DNA of 64,000 nucleotides. Source: Lytechinus pictus (lineage: Eukaryota). The notes beneath the pieces are model-generated. The model searched no databases. It saw only the letters and a program-made list of their open reading frames with translations, and was not told where the DNA came from. Position 1 is the first letter of the stretch; every line of letters begins with the position of its first letter. Location: contig NC_087245.1 in the NCBI RefSeq assembly GCF_037042905.1, positions 26,228,001 to 26,292,000 on the forward strand. The letters are read 5' to 3'. Positions 1 through 11,904 of this stretch are shown here, piece by piece. The position numbers and the translations under genes are program-made.

Positions 1-143
1 AACCTCGTGGTGATAGCGGACCCCGTCGTGAACTTCAAATTGATTTGAAAACGCTAGCTACCCAAAACATTTTAATAACATATTTCAAATCATCGTGCGT
101 GCTTGCGTCTTCTACTTCATTTTAATTGCACTTGCGACTTTAA

Positions 144-726
144 AGGAGAATGAAACCCTTGAAACTAGCTGAATCCATATCAAAGAGAAAAATCAAAGAA
201 ACATATTGTTGAAAGTTTGAGGAAGATTGAATGAATAATAAGAAAGTTATGAGCATTTGAATATTGAGATCACTAGTGCCATGTAGATCCTCCCATCGGC
301 AATGCGACCAAGATCTGTGATATCACACACGTACAACTCCCTCATTACTTTAGTACTTATTTCACTTATATTCTCACTTTTATAGAGTCTATCACAAGGT
401 TATGTGTTTTCTTTATGAGATGACAAGTACAGAGGTTTCACAACATTATATCATTGATGAATCGTTTGTCATATGATTAGAATGAGCAAAAAGAGATATT
501 TTGGGGTATATTTTCAGTGTCCGAATGGGAGAGTTGTACGTGTGTGACATCACAGATCTTGGTCGCATTGCCAATGGGGGGATCTCCATAGCATTAGTGA
601 TCTCGACATTCAAATGCTCATAACTCTTTTATTGCTAGTCCTATTTTACTCAAAGTTTTGTTGATCTTATTCTTTGATTTTTCTGCTTTCACAAAAGCTA
701 ACTTGCTCCAAGAGTTTCATTCTCCT
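144..726. mobile_element. Non-autonomous TTAA-targeting DNA transposon (Kolobok-like), copy 1
   Basis: TIR AGGAGAATGAAAC...GTTTCATTCTCCT. Flanks are TTAA (140-143) and CTAA (727-730). A near-identical copy in the opposite orientation lies at 52419-53009. Confidence 0.85.
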
Positions 727-1177
727 CTAAGATGATGCGTCGTAAGAGATCATTCTAATAATTCTAAATCGCTAGCACCTAAAAATACTTCTAAAAGATG
801 TCCTGCCGATCGTTCATTAACCTGTGATCTATGAGAAATATTTTCATTTTATTTTCCTTTGCGCCTTTGCTCGGAAGATGCGTCTTTCGTTTATCTTTCT
901 AATAAAAATCACTTGGTTTATTTTAAAGCAATAACACCTCAAAACCCCTGGCTTTAAAACATGTTCCAAACGATCGCGCATGTTGGCGACTTCCATTCCA
1001 ATGCATTCGTCTTTGTGACTTTGTCAGGAAGATGCGCGCGACCGCGAACAACATTTTGATGTATTCCTTTGTTTTTAAACATCGCCGATTCGATTTCAAT
1101 TTTAGAAGCTTAACTTGCCGATCCGATTTTCGATCTGATTTTTGATCCGATTTACAACATTAGTTCAAGGGACAGAC

Positions 1178-1609
1178 TAGACCAAAAGCTTCAATCTCTG
1201 TTATTTTGGTTGTTCAGCTGAACTCCGTTGGCTTCACTCACCAAATACAGAGACCGAAGTTCTAGCGCGAACTGTACAGGAGACTCAATGGCCATATGTT
1301 TATGTACTATAAGTTCGGATAAAACAGGAAGTGAAGTAGCGCGAGGTAAGTCACTGTTTTTGTTCCTTTAACTTGATTTTCCCCCGTTTTTGGACAATTA
1401 ATGCCAAAAGGGAATATTAATTTGCATTTCAGTCGTGTTAATTTTTAAAATTTTTATTCATTAAAGACAAAAATTGAAGAGCCCCGACAGGGGGATTTTG
1501 CATTGAAAGTCCCCTAATGGTGGCTGCATGATAGCGAGCCGTCTGTGTACGAGGAGAAATTTAAAAAATGTTTAAAAACTCCTCGAAACAGACGGCTGCC
1601 AGCTGTCTA
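1178..1609 (+). mobile_element. About 430-bp non-autonomous DNA element with TAGAC...GTCTA termini and 9-bp TSD (Academ- or Mutator-like; superfamily uncertain)
   Basis: GGGACAGAC is duplicated at 1169-1177 and 1610-1618. An inverted copy lies at 2473-2926. Confidence 0.8.
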
Positions 1610-1914
1610 GGGACAGACCTATTTGTTGACAAACACTACAGATCGAGGGATCTACAAGACTCAAGAGATCGGTCTGGACTGTAAGTGTAAGAAACCTTCA
1701 ATTTTTCACCTTTTTATTAACTAATTTTTTAACCTTCATACACATTAGGCGTATGGTCGACTCCTTGCCTGAGCTCCGCCTAGCCTCCGGCCCGCAAAGA
1801 AAGAGCTCCCTGGGCCTGGCGGTCTGGTAGGGCTTATACTTATACTACAGTCCCACATCCATCTATTCATGTTTGTTATTTCGAATTGCCACAAAATCAA
1901 AGTGTTTTTTTTAC

Positions 1915-2011
1915 CTGCAGCTCCTCCGAATGTTTTGACTCGGAAATCTTCGAGAGTTTTAGGGTAGGCATCAAACTGCCTCAGGCGGTTCCAAACGTCC
2001 TGAATAGCCAT
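1915..2011 (-). CDS. ERGIC3: ER-Golgi intermediate compartment protein 3 (Erv46 family), first coding exon
   Basis: Encodes MAIQDVWNRLRQFDAYPKTLEDFRVKTFGGAA, matching the FDAYPKTLEDFRVKT N-terminus of ERGIC3. The exon is 97 nt with a phase-1 GTAA donor starting at 1914. No further exon was seen in the window. Confidence 0.92.
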
Positions 2012-2250
2012 TTCCACCAAAATGAACACAAAAATGGTTTCGACGTTGCCGTTTGTACTCGTTCTGCCTCTCTCAGCCCTGAAATCTGCGATAATCTGCG
2101 CCGGTGCGTGCCCGATCCGATCGGCCGGGCCGGGCGCTCGGCGACTGACGCATGCACGCGCGCGTGCAGTGTCTTCTTCCAGTCCAATGCATATGCACTG
2201 CACTGGAAGCATGCTGTTTCAACTTCAGTTCAAGCATGCATGGTGATGAA
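2012..2250. promoter_or_regulatory. CpG/GC-rich promoter and 5' UTR region of ERGIC3 (possibly bidirectional)
   Basis: Local CpG-rich island directly upstream of the ATG in an AT-rich background. It contains an NRF1-like GCATGCACGCGCGCGTGCA near 2149-2168. Confidence 0.55.
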
Positions 2251-2472
2251 GATCTGTCACAGTTGCAGACAAGATGCCATGGGCAGAGCCAGCCTTGTAA
2301 TGGTGGTAAGACTAGAGACATGTTTTTGTTTTTGCTTTTCATCCTGTCAGAAAAGGCTCCAAGTCCAAATTTAATTAAAGCAGTGCCAGTGGCAAAAAAA
2401 CTTATTCATTTTTGAGTGACTGCATGGTTGCTAAAAGTGAACGGCACCACAAGAGAGAAGAAGAATTTTTGA

Positions 2473-2926
2473 TAGACAGCTGGCAGCCGTCTGTTTCGAG
2501 GAGTTTTTTAACTTTTTTTTAGTTTTTAAATTTCTCCTCATACACAGACGGCTCGCTAGCGTGCAGCCACCATTAGGGGACTTGCAATGCAAAATCCCCC
2601 CATCGGGGCTCTTCAATTTTCGTCTTTAATGAATAAAAATTTTGAAAATTAACCCGACCAAAATGCAAATTAATATTCCCTCTTGGCATTAATTGCCAAA
2701 AAACTGAGAAAAATCAAGTTAAAAAGAACAAAAACAGTGACTTACCTCGGCTGTCGCGCAAATTCACTTCCCCCTTTTATCCGATCTTAACTACATAAAC
2801 ATATGGCCATTGAGTCCCCTGTAGCTGTACAGATCGCGCTAGAACTTCGGTCTCTGTATTTGGTGAGTGAAGCCAACGGAGTTCAGCTGAACAACCAACA
2901 TAACAGAGACCATAGCTTTTGGTCTA
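2473..2926 (-). mobile_element. Second, inverted copy of the 1178-1609 element
   Basis: Reverse-complement match along the full length. Flanks AATTTTTGA / ATACTTTGA match at 6 of 9 positions, consistent with a decayed TSD. Confidence 0.8.
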
Positions 2927-4334
2927 ATACTTTGAATGAATTTAATCAACAGTAACAGGTACCGTACGTACGTCATAAAATAACTTTTTTTAGATCATCC
3001 AATGAATTAATGAGATATGAATACTGGTATTCATCAACATGGTTATACAGAGTGATGCCAAATGGACATGCACGTTTGAGGAGAAAACATATTGCTCAAA
3101 GTAACTCTTTGAATTTTGAACTGCTATGATGCTATCGTAATTTTGATTTATTGATTGGATTCTATGACTATGTTGTTCTACATCACATGTAGCTTTTTAT
3201 ATGCTGCACATTAAAAAATTGGTGTATTACTTCATTAATTACGACCTAAAATGTAAATCCATACCCGGTTACGGAGTGACGGTTAGAGTGACATCAGAAA
3301 TACATGCACAGGCAACATAGAATGAACATATATTTTAAAATTTTTGTGTGATATGATGTAAAATAATGACCTTCAGATTAATTATCCAAAAGAAAATTTT
3401 ACAAAACAAGCAATAGTTCTCTGTTAAATGGAAATTAAGTAAAAAACAGTCATTGTAGTCCCATGTATAGAATTTCTTGTATGGTTTGGATTCTCCTATA
3501 AGGAGATGCATAAGAAAAAATAATTGTTGCTAATTATGTTCCCCTTTTGTATTGATGAAATTCCATATGAGTTTTGAAAGAAAAATTTGATCCAGATTTG
3601 AAATATAGAGCCGATATAAATTTTTGGAAAATGTCCACTTTTGCTTGGAATTGCCCTACTGTGATAGGACCTAGGGAGTAGGGGACCTAGACCTGGAAAA
3701 TCGACTGCATAATTAATTGCATTTTTCGAGTAGATCCGGTAATAAGGTGATAATTAGACCCTAGTCTTTAGAATTAGAAGTATAACAGATCATCCTACTA
3801 ACTTGTGGTTTGTGCCATGATTTAGACTTTAGAGATCTGTTAAATGAACATGATAGATTGTATTATGGTCACCATGGTCATGATGGTAAAGTCGAGAGAG
3901 AGCTGTTGTGAAGTTGAAACTTTAACTTCATGTTGAGTAAACTTGAGCATTGTTGAGTCAAGTCTTTCTTACAATTATTAAGAGAGCTTGAGATGTAAGT
4001 TGTTGTAACCTGTGAATGTGTCATGGTCACAGTCAGTAGGCAGGTCTTAAATATCCCTGATAGAAATGGATAGATCTAACGTTAGACCTATTAATCGGTC
4101 TATAAACAAAAGTTGGGCTAAGGTTTTGCAAGCTTGATCATGTTGATGCAGACCAAAACACCCCTTTTATTATTCTGTCATTGCTGCTCTAAATATAGAT
4201 CGAATGATTTTGGTGTCATTGGAAAAAAAGAAGAATCATTCTTTCAGGTCATGTGTTTGAATTTATTTAAAGATTTTGTAAAGTAGGTGAAACTTTTGAT
4301 AAAAACTTTTTATTAAAAAACACCCAAGTCCCAA

Positions 4335-4871
4335 GGTTAAGTTTTTTAAATGACAGCATAACTTAGAAAGTATATGGACCTAGTTCATGAAACGTGGCCA
4401 TAAGGGTAATCAAATATTACTTAACATCCTGGCTGAGTTTCAATTCACATGACCAAGGTCAAAGGTCATTTAGGGTCAATGAACTTTGACCAAGTAACTT
4501 GCGGTATTTGTTGAATTGCCATCAAAACTTTGAAAGGTTATGGATCTAATTCATATAACCTGGAAATACGAGTAATCAAGTATCACTGAACATCTCTTGC
4601 GAGTTTCAGGTTACATGTACATGACCAAAGGTCATTTAAGGTCAATGAACTTTGGCCATGTTGGAGGTAATTATTAAATTGCTGTCATAACTTTCAAAGT
4701 TTAGGGATATAGTTACTGAAATGTGGACATAGGGATAATCAAGTATCACTGACAAGTCTTAGGTCACATGATCAAGGTCAAATGTTATTTAGGGTCAATG
4801 AAAGTAGTATTGTATCATTATATGAATGATGTTTTTTGTGAATAATTATTTCATAGTAGTTTTCAAAGTCA
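4335..4871 (+). mobile_element. Internal fragment of the Helentron/HINE-like family found at 42153 and 51843
   Basis: Same roughly 163-bp core repeat (CATGACCAAGGTCAAAGGTCATTTAGGGTCAATGAAC) and same 3' tail. Termini are missing. Confidence 0.8.
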
Positions 4872-4999
4872 GATCCAGTTGTTTAAGTAGGGGGTGCTGG
4901 GCCCTGGGGTTTGTTCAGGCCAAGGATTATGAATGACAATGTCATCACTCGCCAGTTGCAGAAAAAAAATTGACTTGCCAGAAAAAAGTGGTTGGGTGA

Positions 5000-7165
5000 G
5001 TCCATACGTGTCTTACGAGACATTTAGAGAACATTTGACAGTTTTTTTACAAGAAAAACAAAAAATATTCCAGTAACTAAAGGTGATCATCAAGTACTTC
5101 CAGAGTGTTAGGAAAACCAAGACTTAACATGACTTGAATTCAAATCCTGTATAACACAGATTAAAAATAGTAATGTGTCGTACGGACGCAGAAAAAGTGG
5201 CTTTTTTTTAACCTCAAGTTTGTGCTCTAAAGTCTGTGAGGTAGATATTTTTCATAGAAACTGAACTCAGATTGACATTCAATTACCCAAGAACAAACAC
5301 ATCTATGAAAGAAAACAAAATAAAAGTTCATGAATAAATAAATCAAATTATCATTTTCGAGAACATTGTGGCATACGGGACACTCAAAATGTGTCGTACG
5401 GGACATCTCTAAATTGAAGCCAAACTTTCTTACTATATGTCTCTGACTTCTTCAATCACTTTATTTGGCTGATGATAATGATAATCCTATCAAACTAAAG
5501 ACATTCATTATGTTAGAAACCTCTATTGGCTGAATAATTCTGTCAATATATTATAAACAAAATAATGTGTCGTACGGGACACTTGTGTGTTGAACAGGCA
5601 CTTGCGTGTTGTACTGGACAGCCTAAATAAAACAATGAACTTTTTATCAATCAGAAGGGGAGCATTGCCCCTAAATTCTTCCTTTTTAATGAAAAGGCTT
5701 TTAATAAGTAGTCATTCAGGACAATATTATTAAAGGACAAGTCCACCCCAACAAAAAGTTGATTTGAATAAAAAGTGAAAAATCCAACAAGCATAACACT
5801 GAAAATTTCATCAAAATCGGATGTAAATAAGAAAGTTATGACATTTTAAAGTTTTGCTTAATTTCACAAAACAGTTATATGCACATCCTGGTTGGTATGC
5901 AAATGAAGAGACTATGACGTCATCCACTCACTATTTCTTTTGTATTTTATTACATGAAATATGAAATATTCTAATTTTCTCCTTATTGTCAAGTGTCAAC
6001 GATTAATTACTCCCTGAACATGTGGCATTAGCATTGTTTCATACTATATGTTTTAGTCAAGTTGGTCCTTATTGCCAAATCTATAAAAAATGAAATATTG
6101 TATAATTCAAACAAAAAACAAAAGAAATAATGAGTGATGGACATCATCGACTGACTCACCTAGTTGTGCCTATCACTGTTTTGTGAAAAATAAGCGAAAC
6201 TTTAAAATGTCATAACTTTCTTAATTTCCATCTGATTTTGATGAAATTTTCAGCTCTATGCTAGTTTGATTTTTCTCTATTCAAGTCAGCATTTTCCAGG
6301 GATGGAGTTGACCTTTAAGTCAGGAGCAATATATTATCATTTTTTTCATGACGGGAAATGTACAATGGTTCACAACATTTTTTTTCTAAAGAAATGCGAT
6401 TTTACTTTTTCAAACCTTTCTGCATTTCATGAAACCATATGGTTTGTCTTATTTTTTCAGATTTTTATTTGAACAAATAGGTTTGTCTTATTTTCCAGAT
6501 TATTTTTTACAACTTGAAAAAGGTAATTAAGGAGTTTCAATACTGTACATACAAAAATTAGTGATCATCAAGGGAAGTCCAACTAGATGATTGATTTTTA
6601 AATATTTTTTTACATCTTGTAATAATTTCACATTAGCATGCAAGAGGAAGTCATCTTCCAGGCGAGGGTGAATCAATTATAAAGGTTTTCTTTTCATGCT
6701 CAGTGACAAAGAAATTAACCTGCTCTGACAAGCGAAAATCACCAGTTTAGCTGAAGGGATTCAAAAAAGAATACGCCTGCATGAAGTCAATTAAAATTGT
6801 TAGAATCACCTATTTCATGTTCTATGGAGATCAAAAAAATACTTTTTCAGTTCACTTTATGTCAAATCAATTACTTGAATTAAAATAATCCTACTATTTA
6901 TAGTTTCTGAATCCAAATCCTGCAATTAAATGCAGTATGTATTGTGTGTCGTACGGGACATGTCCCGTACAACACAGTGTGTGTCGTACGGGACAACTTT
7001 TAATAGGGCAATTGTTGAAAAATGGAAGGCAGTAATTAGACCCTTATGGGATAAATCGATCACCCATGGGTCAAAGATAGAGAAACTGATATTGTGAAAT
7101 TGCATCATCAAAAATAAATTTGTAGGAAAAAATTTTGCATTTTCATGTGTCGTATGGGACATTGC
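5000..7165. repeat. Degraded DNA-transposon-like region with dispersed TGTGTCGTACGGGACA motifs
   Basis: About 8 same-orientation motif copies near 5007, 5174, 5370, 5390, 5566, 6945, 6981 and 7146. Termini not resolved. Confidence 0.45.
5734..6314. mobile_element. Kolobok-like non-autonomous element (TTAA TSD)
   Basis: TTAA at 5730-5733 and 6315-6318. Imperfect TIR AGGACAAGTCCACCCC / GGGATGGAGTTGACCT. Subterminal inverted GAAAATTTCATCAAAATC. Confidence 0.8.
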
Positions 7166-8220
7166 CAAAAATAGGTTTGGAAAAATCAGGGCTGCCCCTA
7201 TTATGGATCATGAAAATGTTGTAAATATTATGTGGAACCATCAATGATACATTATTTCATTGACCTGCAATATTTTCAATCTTTTCGTGCTTTGCCAATA
7301 ATCGTTTCAGGCAGTGTTTGTACTTGACTATTCAATCAGCAATATTATTGAAAATTGAAAATTCCAATGTTTCTCAAAAAAAAAACTATATCTGACTTCA
7401 CTTTTGGTTAAAAATTTTCATAAAATTTAGGTATCATAGTACAATATTACACTACTTATGACGTATGAAAACATGTTAATACTGCCTAGTATGGCTTGGC
7501 GGATCCAGGGGGGCCTGGGCCTCCCATATTGGTGGAGCAAAAAAAGAAAAAGGGGGACAGAAAGAAAAAAAAAGAAGAGGAAAAAAAAGGAGGAAGAAGA
7601 GTGAATAAAATAAGGTGAGCCTGGGAAGACTTAAAAATTATAATAAAATGTTTTCATGTCATTGTATAAAATTTGTGCTTGCATTGCATGATCGATGAGA
7701 TACATATTTGGCTCAATAGGCTGATATTGAGCTTGAAATATCAAGTTTGTATGTCAATATCATACAAAATATATTTCAGCTTGGACAATGAGCTTTGATT
7801 TTCAAATTGATTTTCAAAAAATGCTCTGTAAAATGTCTGTTCTATTGTCTGAGAATCAACATTTTCAGCTCGCGCTGCAAGCTCGCATGATTCGATTTGT
7901 CAAGTACATGTACCTATTCTCTTTGTGTGTGTATTCCATAGAGTCCTTAAAATAGCCCTTTTCAGGTTTGATTGTCAAAACCTAGCACTGCGCGTTTGCA
8001 TATGATTGGTCAGTAATAATATACTTCTATAGTAATTCTATAACAAACTACTTAAATTCCATTTTCATGACAGTTTATCAAAAATTTTGGCTCGCGATTT
8101 GCTCTCGCATATATTTACCAAGTCCAGTTTTCAGGCCTTAATATCAATAAATATAGGCTCTCATATAAGCTGTATTAGATCAATAAATTCTCGTGCTTTG
8201 GAAGAGGAATAGAAAGATAG

Positions 8221-8302
8221 CAGGGCCCGCTGGGAGAACAGTTTTCGGAACTGAAGCGGCTTCCCTGGGTAAATATACCTGTATTATTATTATTATTATT
8301 AT
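8221..8302 (+). mobile_element. 5'-truncated retroposon tail matching the 3' end of the SINE at 17194-17492
   Basis: TSD AAAGATAG at 8213-8220 and 8303-8310, with a (TAT)n tail. The empty site is visible in the sister hAT copy near 12740. Confidence 0.85.
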
Positions 8303-8828
8303 AAAGATAGTCATCATTTTTCATTATGATGAAAAAATGTCCTTAGAATGTCCCGGTCCTAGGTCAAAATTATATAAAATTATCAGCTCGCGCTCGCATC
8401 ATTTATTACGTGTGATCTATATCCACAGCTCAATTTTCTCACACAGTGCTTGAATTATATAGTATTTTAAAGGCATGGTCTGGGCTGACAGTAAATAAAT
8501 AGAGTAATATTCATTCACAGAGCAAAATGCTGAAAATTTCATCAAAATCAGAAAAGAAATAACGAAGTTATTGAATTTTAAAGTTTATCAATATTTTGTT
8601 AAGACAGTTATATGCACATTATCATGCCTTGGCGCAGGCTTATTTGAGGTGTACACCCAATAACTTTCTATAGCTTTGAGGTGGGATCACCAAATTCATA
8701 CCAGAGGTCCATCTCCTGAAGGCACAGGTCAAGTTCGAATATGAGTTGAAATGTGAATAAGGTCAAAGGTCAAATGTCAATGAACTTTCCATGACTGGCA
8801 CTGTGCTATGTTGTACACATAATAACTT

Positions 8829-8891
8829 TTCGGAAATACGAACCTTCGGAATAACCGAGCCTTCGGAATAACGAAGCTTCGGAATTACGAA
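8829..8891. repeat. 16-bp tandem repeat (CTTCGGAATAACGAAC), about 4 units
   Basis: Read directly from the sequence. It resembles the terminal arrays of foldback-type elements. Confidence 0.7.
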
Positions 8892-10004
8892 TGTATGCGT
8901 TGTTTTTAGGTTTAATTTTTTTCCGTTCGCGCTCGCATTGTTTCGTTGTATACATCCTGTTCATGATTACAAAAAGTGCTTAGAATATCCATTTTTTTAG
9001 TTAGGAATGTCAAAAATTTTCAGCTCTTGCTTCGTGCTCGCATTATTTGATCGTTGAAATATGTATTCATGGCTAACTGCATACAGTCCTTGACAGGTCC
9101 CTTTTTATTTAATCAGGCCAGAACGTATTTCTGCTGGCAGTAGGCCTAATTACAGACTCAGCTTGTTCAGAATCACAAACATGAAACATTGCCCAGAATG
9201 TTTAATTTTCAGGACAAAATATATGAAATTTAAAAAAAAATTAGCTTGCGCTATGCGCTCACTCTATTCAAATAGGGCTTATGAGATTTTTACATTTTCA
9301 TGTTGTTTTATAAGAATAAAGCTAAGTGACTACTAGGAATACCACTTCAAATAAACAAACAAAGTTGACTTTGAGCCGCCGATCGGGGAAAATGTGGTTG
9401 AACATTTCCCCCCCCCCCCCCCTATTGGCGAATGCTGGATCCGCTCCTGGTATGGTAAATAACAAACACAGCAGTAGCACCCCCTAAATATCTTGGTGGG
9501 GGGGATGCTTTAGCCAGTGTGACCAATTTGTACAGTAAAAAAAGGCACTTTGGGGTCATGCACATCCGTCGATAATGATTCAAACAATTTCAGAGTGCTA
9601 AACATTGCATATGGGGCAAAATTTATAAGAAGCTGCAAGCAAAAAGTTTTAAACTTTCAATTAAAAAAACAAATCTTGTGATAAATTTTTTACATGAAAT
9701 TCAGAAAATGATACCATATTCCACCTCCCCCCCCCCTTTTTTCCGGGGGCATCCCGATAGACCGCGGGTCCGATAGACCGCGGGTCCGTTAGACCGCGGG
9801 TCCGATAGACCGCGGGTCCGATAGTCCGCGGGTCCGATAGACCGCGGGTCCGATAGTCCGCAGTGTGTGTAAAATTATGATCAGATATATCAAATGTCAT
9901 CGAGAGGTCCAAAGGTCAAATGATACAAGGCCATGGGGTTCTATCAGGTGCGGATCCATGGGGGGGGGGGCGAGGAGGAACTGCCTCACCCCCAACCCCC
10001 AGCT

Positions 10005-10950
10005 CAAAGAAAGAGGGGGGAAGAGGGGAAAAGGAAAATAATAAAAAAAGAAAGAGGAAGATGGGAAAAGAAGAGAATAGAAAAGAGAGTAAGAAGGAGA
10101 AAGGAAGAGAAGAAAAAAAGAGAAGAAAAAGGGGAAAGGAAAGACAAAGAAAATGGGAGAAGAAAAGGGGAAAGAAGAGAAAAAAGAGAGGAGGGAAAAG
10201 GAAGAGAAGAAAAGAAAGGAGAAAGGAAAAGGAGGAAAAAGGAGAAAAAAAAGAGGAAGGAAGAGATGAATATTTAAATAGAGGAAGATGGGAAGAAAGA
10301 TAAGAAAAAAGAGAGAGGAAGAGGGGAAAAGAAGAGAAGAAAGAGAGAGAGAGAGGAAGGGGGAGGGAGAGAAAAAGAAAAAAAGATTAAAAGAAAAAAA
10401 GGGGGAAAGGAAAGAAAAAGAAAAAGGGAGAAGTAAAGGGTGGAAGAGAAAAAAAAGTGGAAGAGGGAAAAGAAAGAAAAGAAAAGAACGGAGTAAGGAA
10501 AAGGGGGAAAAGAAGAAGAAAAAAAGAGGAAAGAAGAGAATAATATTTAAAGAGAGAGGAAGATGTGAAAAGAGAAGAAAAAAGGAAAGAGTAAGGGGGA
10601 GGAAGAGAAGAAAAACGAAAAAAGAGAGAGGAAAAGAGGGGAAGAAAAGACAGAAAAAAGAGAAGAAAAGGGGGAAAGAAAAGATGGGGGAAAAGGAAAA
10701 GAAAATGGGGAAATAAAAGATGGGGGAAAAGGAGAAGAAAAGGGGGAAAGGAAGACAACAAATGAGAGTAGAAAAGGGAAAAATAAAGAGAAGAAAAAGA
10801 GAGAGAGAGCAGGAAAAAAAGAGAAGAAGAAAAGGGGAGAGGAAGAGGGGGAAAGAAAGAGAGAGAGAAAGAAAAAAAGAGAAAGGAAGGAAGGGGAATG
10901 AGGATAAGAGAAAGAAAAAAAAGAAAGAAAAGGAGATGGGAAACGGGAGA
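10005..10950. repeat. Polypurine (GA-rich) low-complexity tract
   Basis: About 950 bp almost entirely A/G. It produces the spurious K/E/R-rich ORFs. Confidence 0.9.
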
Positions 10951-11904
10951 GGGATGTTGACCTGGACGTCGATTTGATGGCGCCAAAATGACGTTCGAAC
11001 TATGGGGCGCCGAACTGATGTTTGAACTTGGAGGGGGGCGCCAAATTGATGTTCGAACTAGGGGAGCGCTAATTTGAATTTTGACCATAATGCGACAAAT
11101 ACATGTTTCAGAGAGGGGGAGGGAGGGCAAAGTTATATTTCACATGGGGGCGCCAAGTTTATGTTCAACCGAGGGTGCCAAATCGACCTTGAACTTAGGG
11201 GGCTTCATGCAAATTCATTTTCGACCGGGGGCGCAACATTGCTCTTATTGCCTGTTTATAGTAAAATATATGTCCTGCCCAAAAAACTTAAATTAAATGC
11301 GGCTGAATTAAAATATCCCGTTTTTACGATAACAGACAAAAACAATGTTTTCGAGTTTTAAGTCTGTTTAGCGAGATAGATACCCTGTTGAGGGTCACAA
11401 AAAGGGGTTATTATCAAATTCAGCTCGCGCTACGCGCTCGCAATATTTGATTAATGACGTATACATCCTCTGCATCAATCCTAGTGTTAGTAAGTGTAAG
11501 TGTTAGTGTTTTTCAAGTCAACATACATAGGCCGATCCAGGGGGCAAAGATTTTGCCCCCCCCCCCATGGTGGCGCAAAAAAGGGGTAAGAAACAGAAAA
11601 CAAAGAAGAGAAAAAGGACAAGCAATTAGAATAGGAATTATACCTTAGTCCTTCTTAAGTCAGTATATAAAAAAATTGAGCTCGCGCTTCGCGCTGGCAA
11701 AAATAAATTGTTTAGTTATATACGCATCCCGACCTTACAGTTTTTTATGCGAACGAGAAGCACAAGCTGAAAATATTTGATATTCTAACCTGACAACTGA
11801 AAATGTATTTTTCATTTCATCATTATAAAAGTTTTCAGCTAGCGCTTCGCGGTCGCATTCATTTCTTAATAGATATGCATCGTGTTCATCATAACAACTA
11901 CTAA

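Larger units (their letters stand above)
7495..9449 (+). mobile_element. hAT-like non-autonomous element (GGCGGATCCAG...CTGGATCCGCTCCTG) with repeated GCTCGCGCTTCGCGCTCGCAT motifs
   Basis: Inverted termini. Colinear with a second copy at 11905-13866. GTATGG on both sides may be a partial TSD. Confidence 0.65.

Noticed and set aside
1745..2212. 155-aa ORF as a complete gene
   Set aside because: Only 1915-2011 matches ERGIC3; the rest is promoter or intron read-through.
9920..11130. K/E/R-rich and F/L/S-rich ORFs of up to 247 aa
   Set aside because: Artefacts of a polypurine tract inside a transposon.
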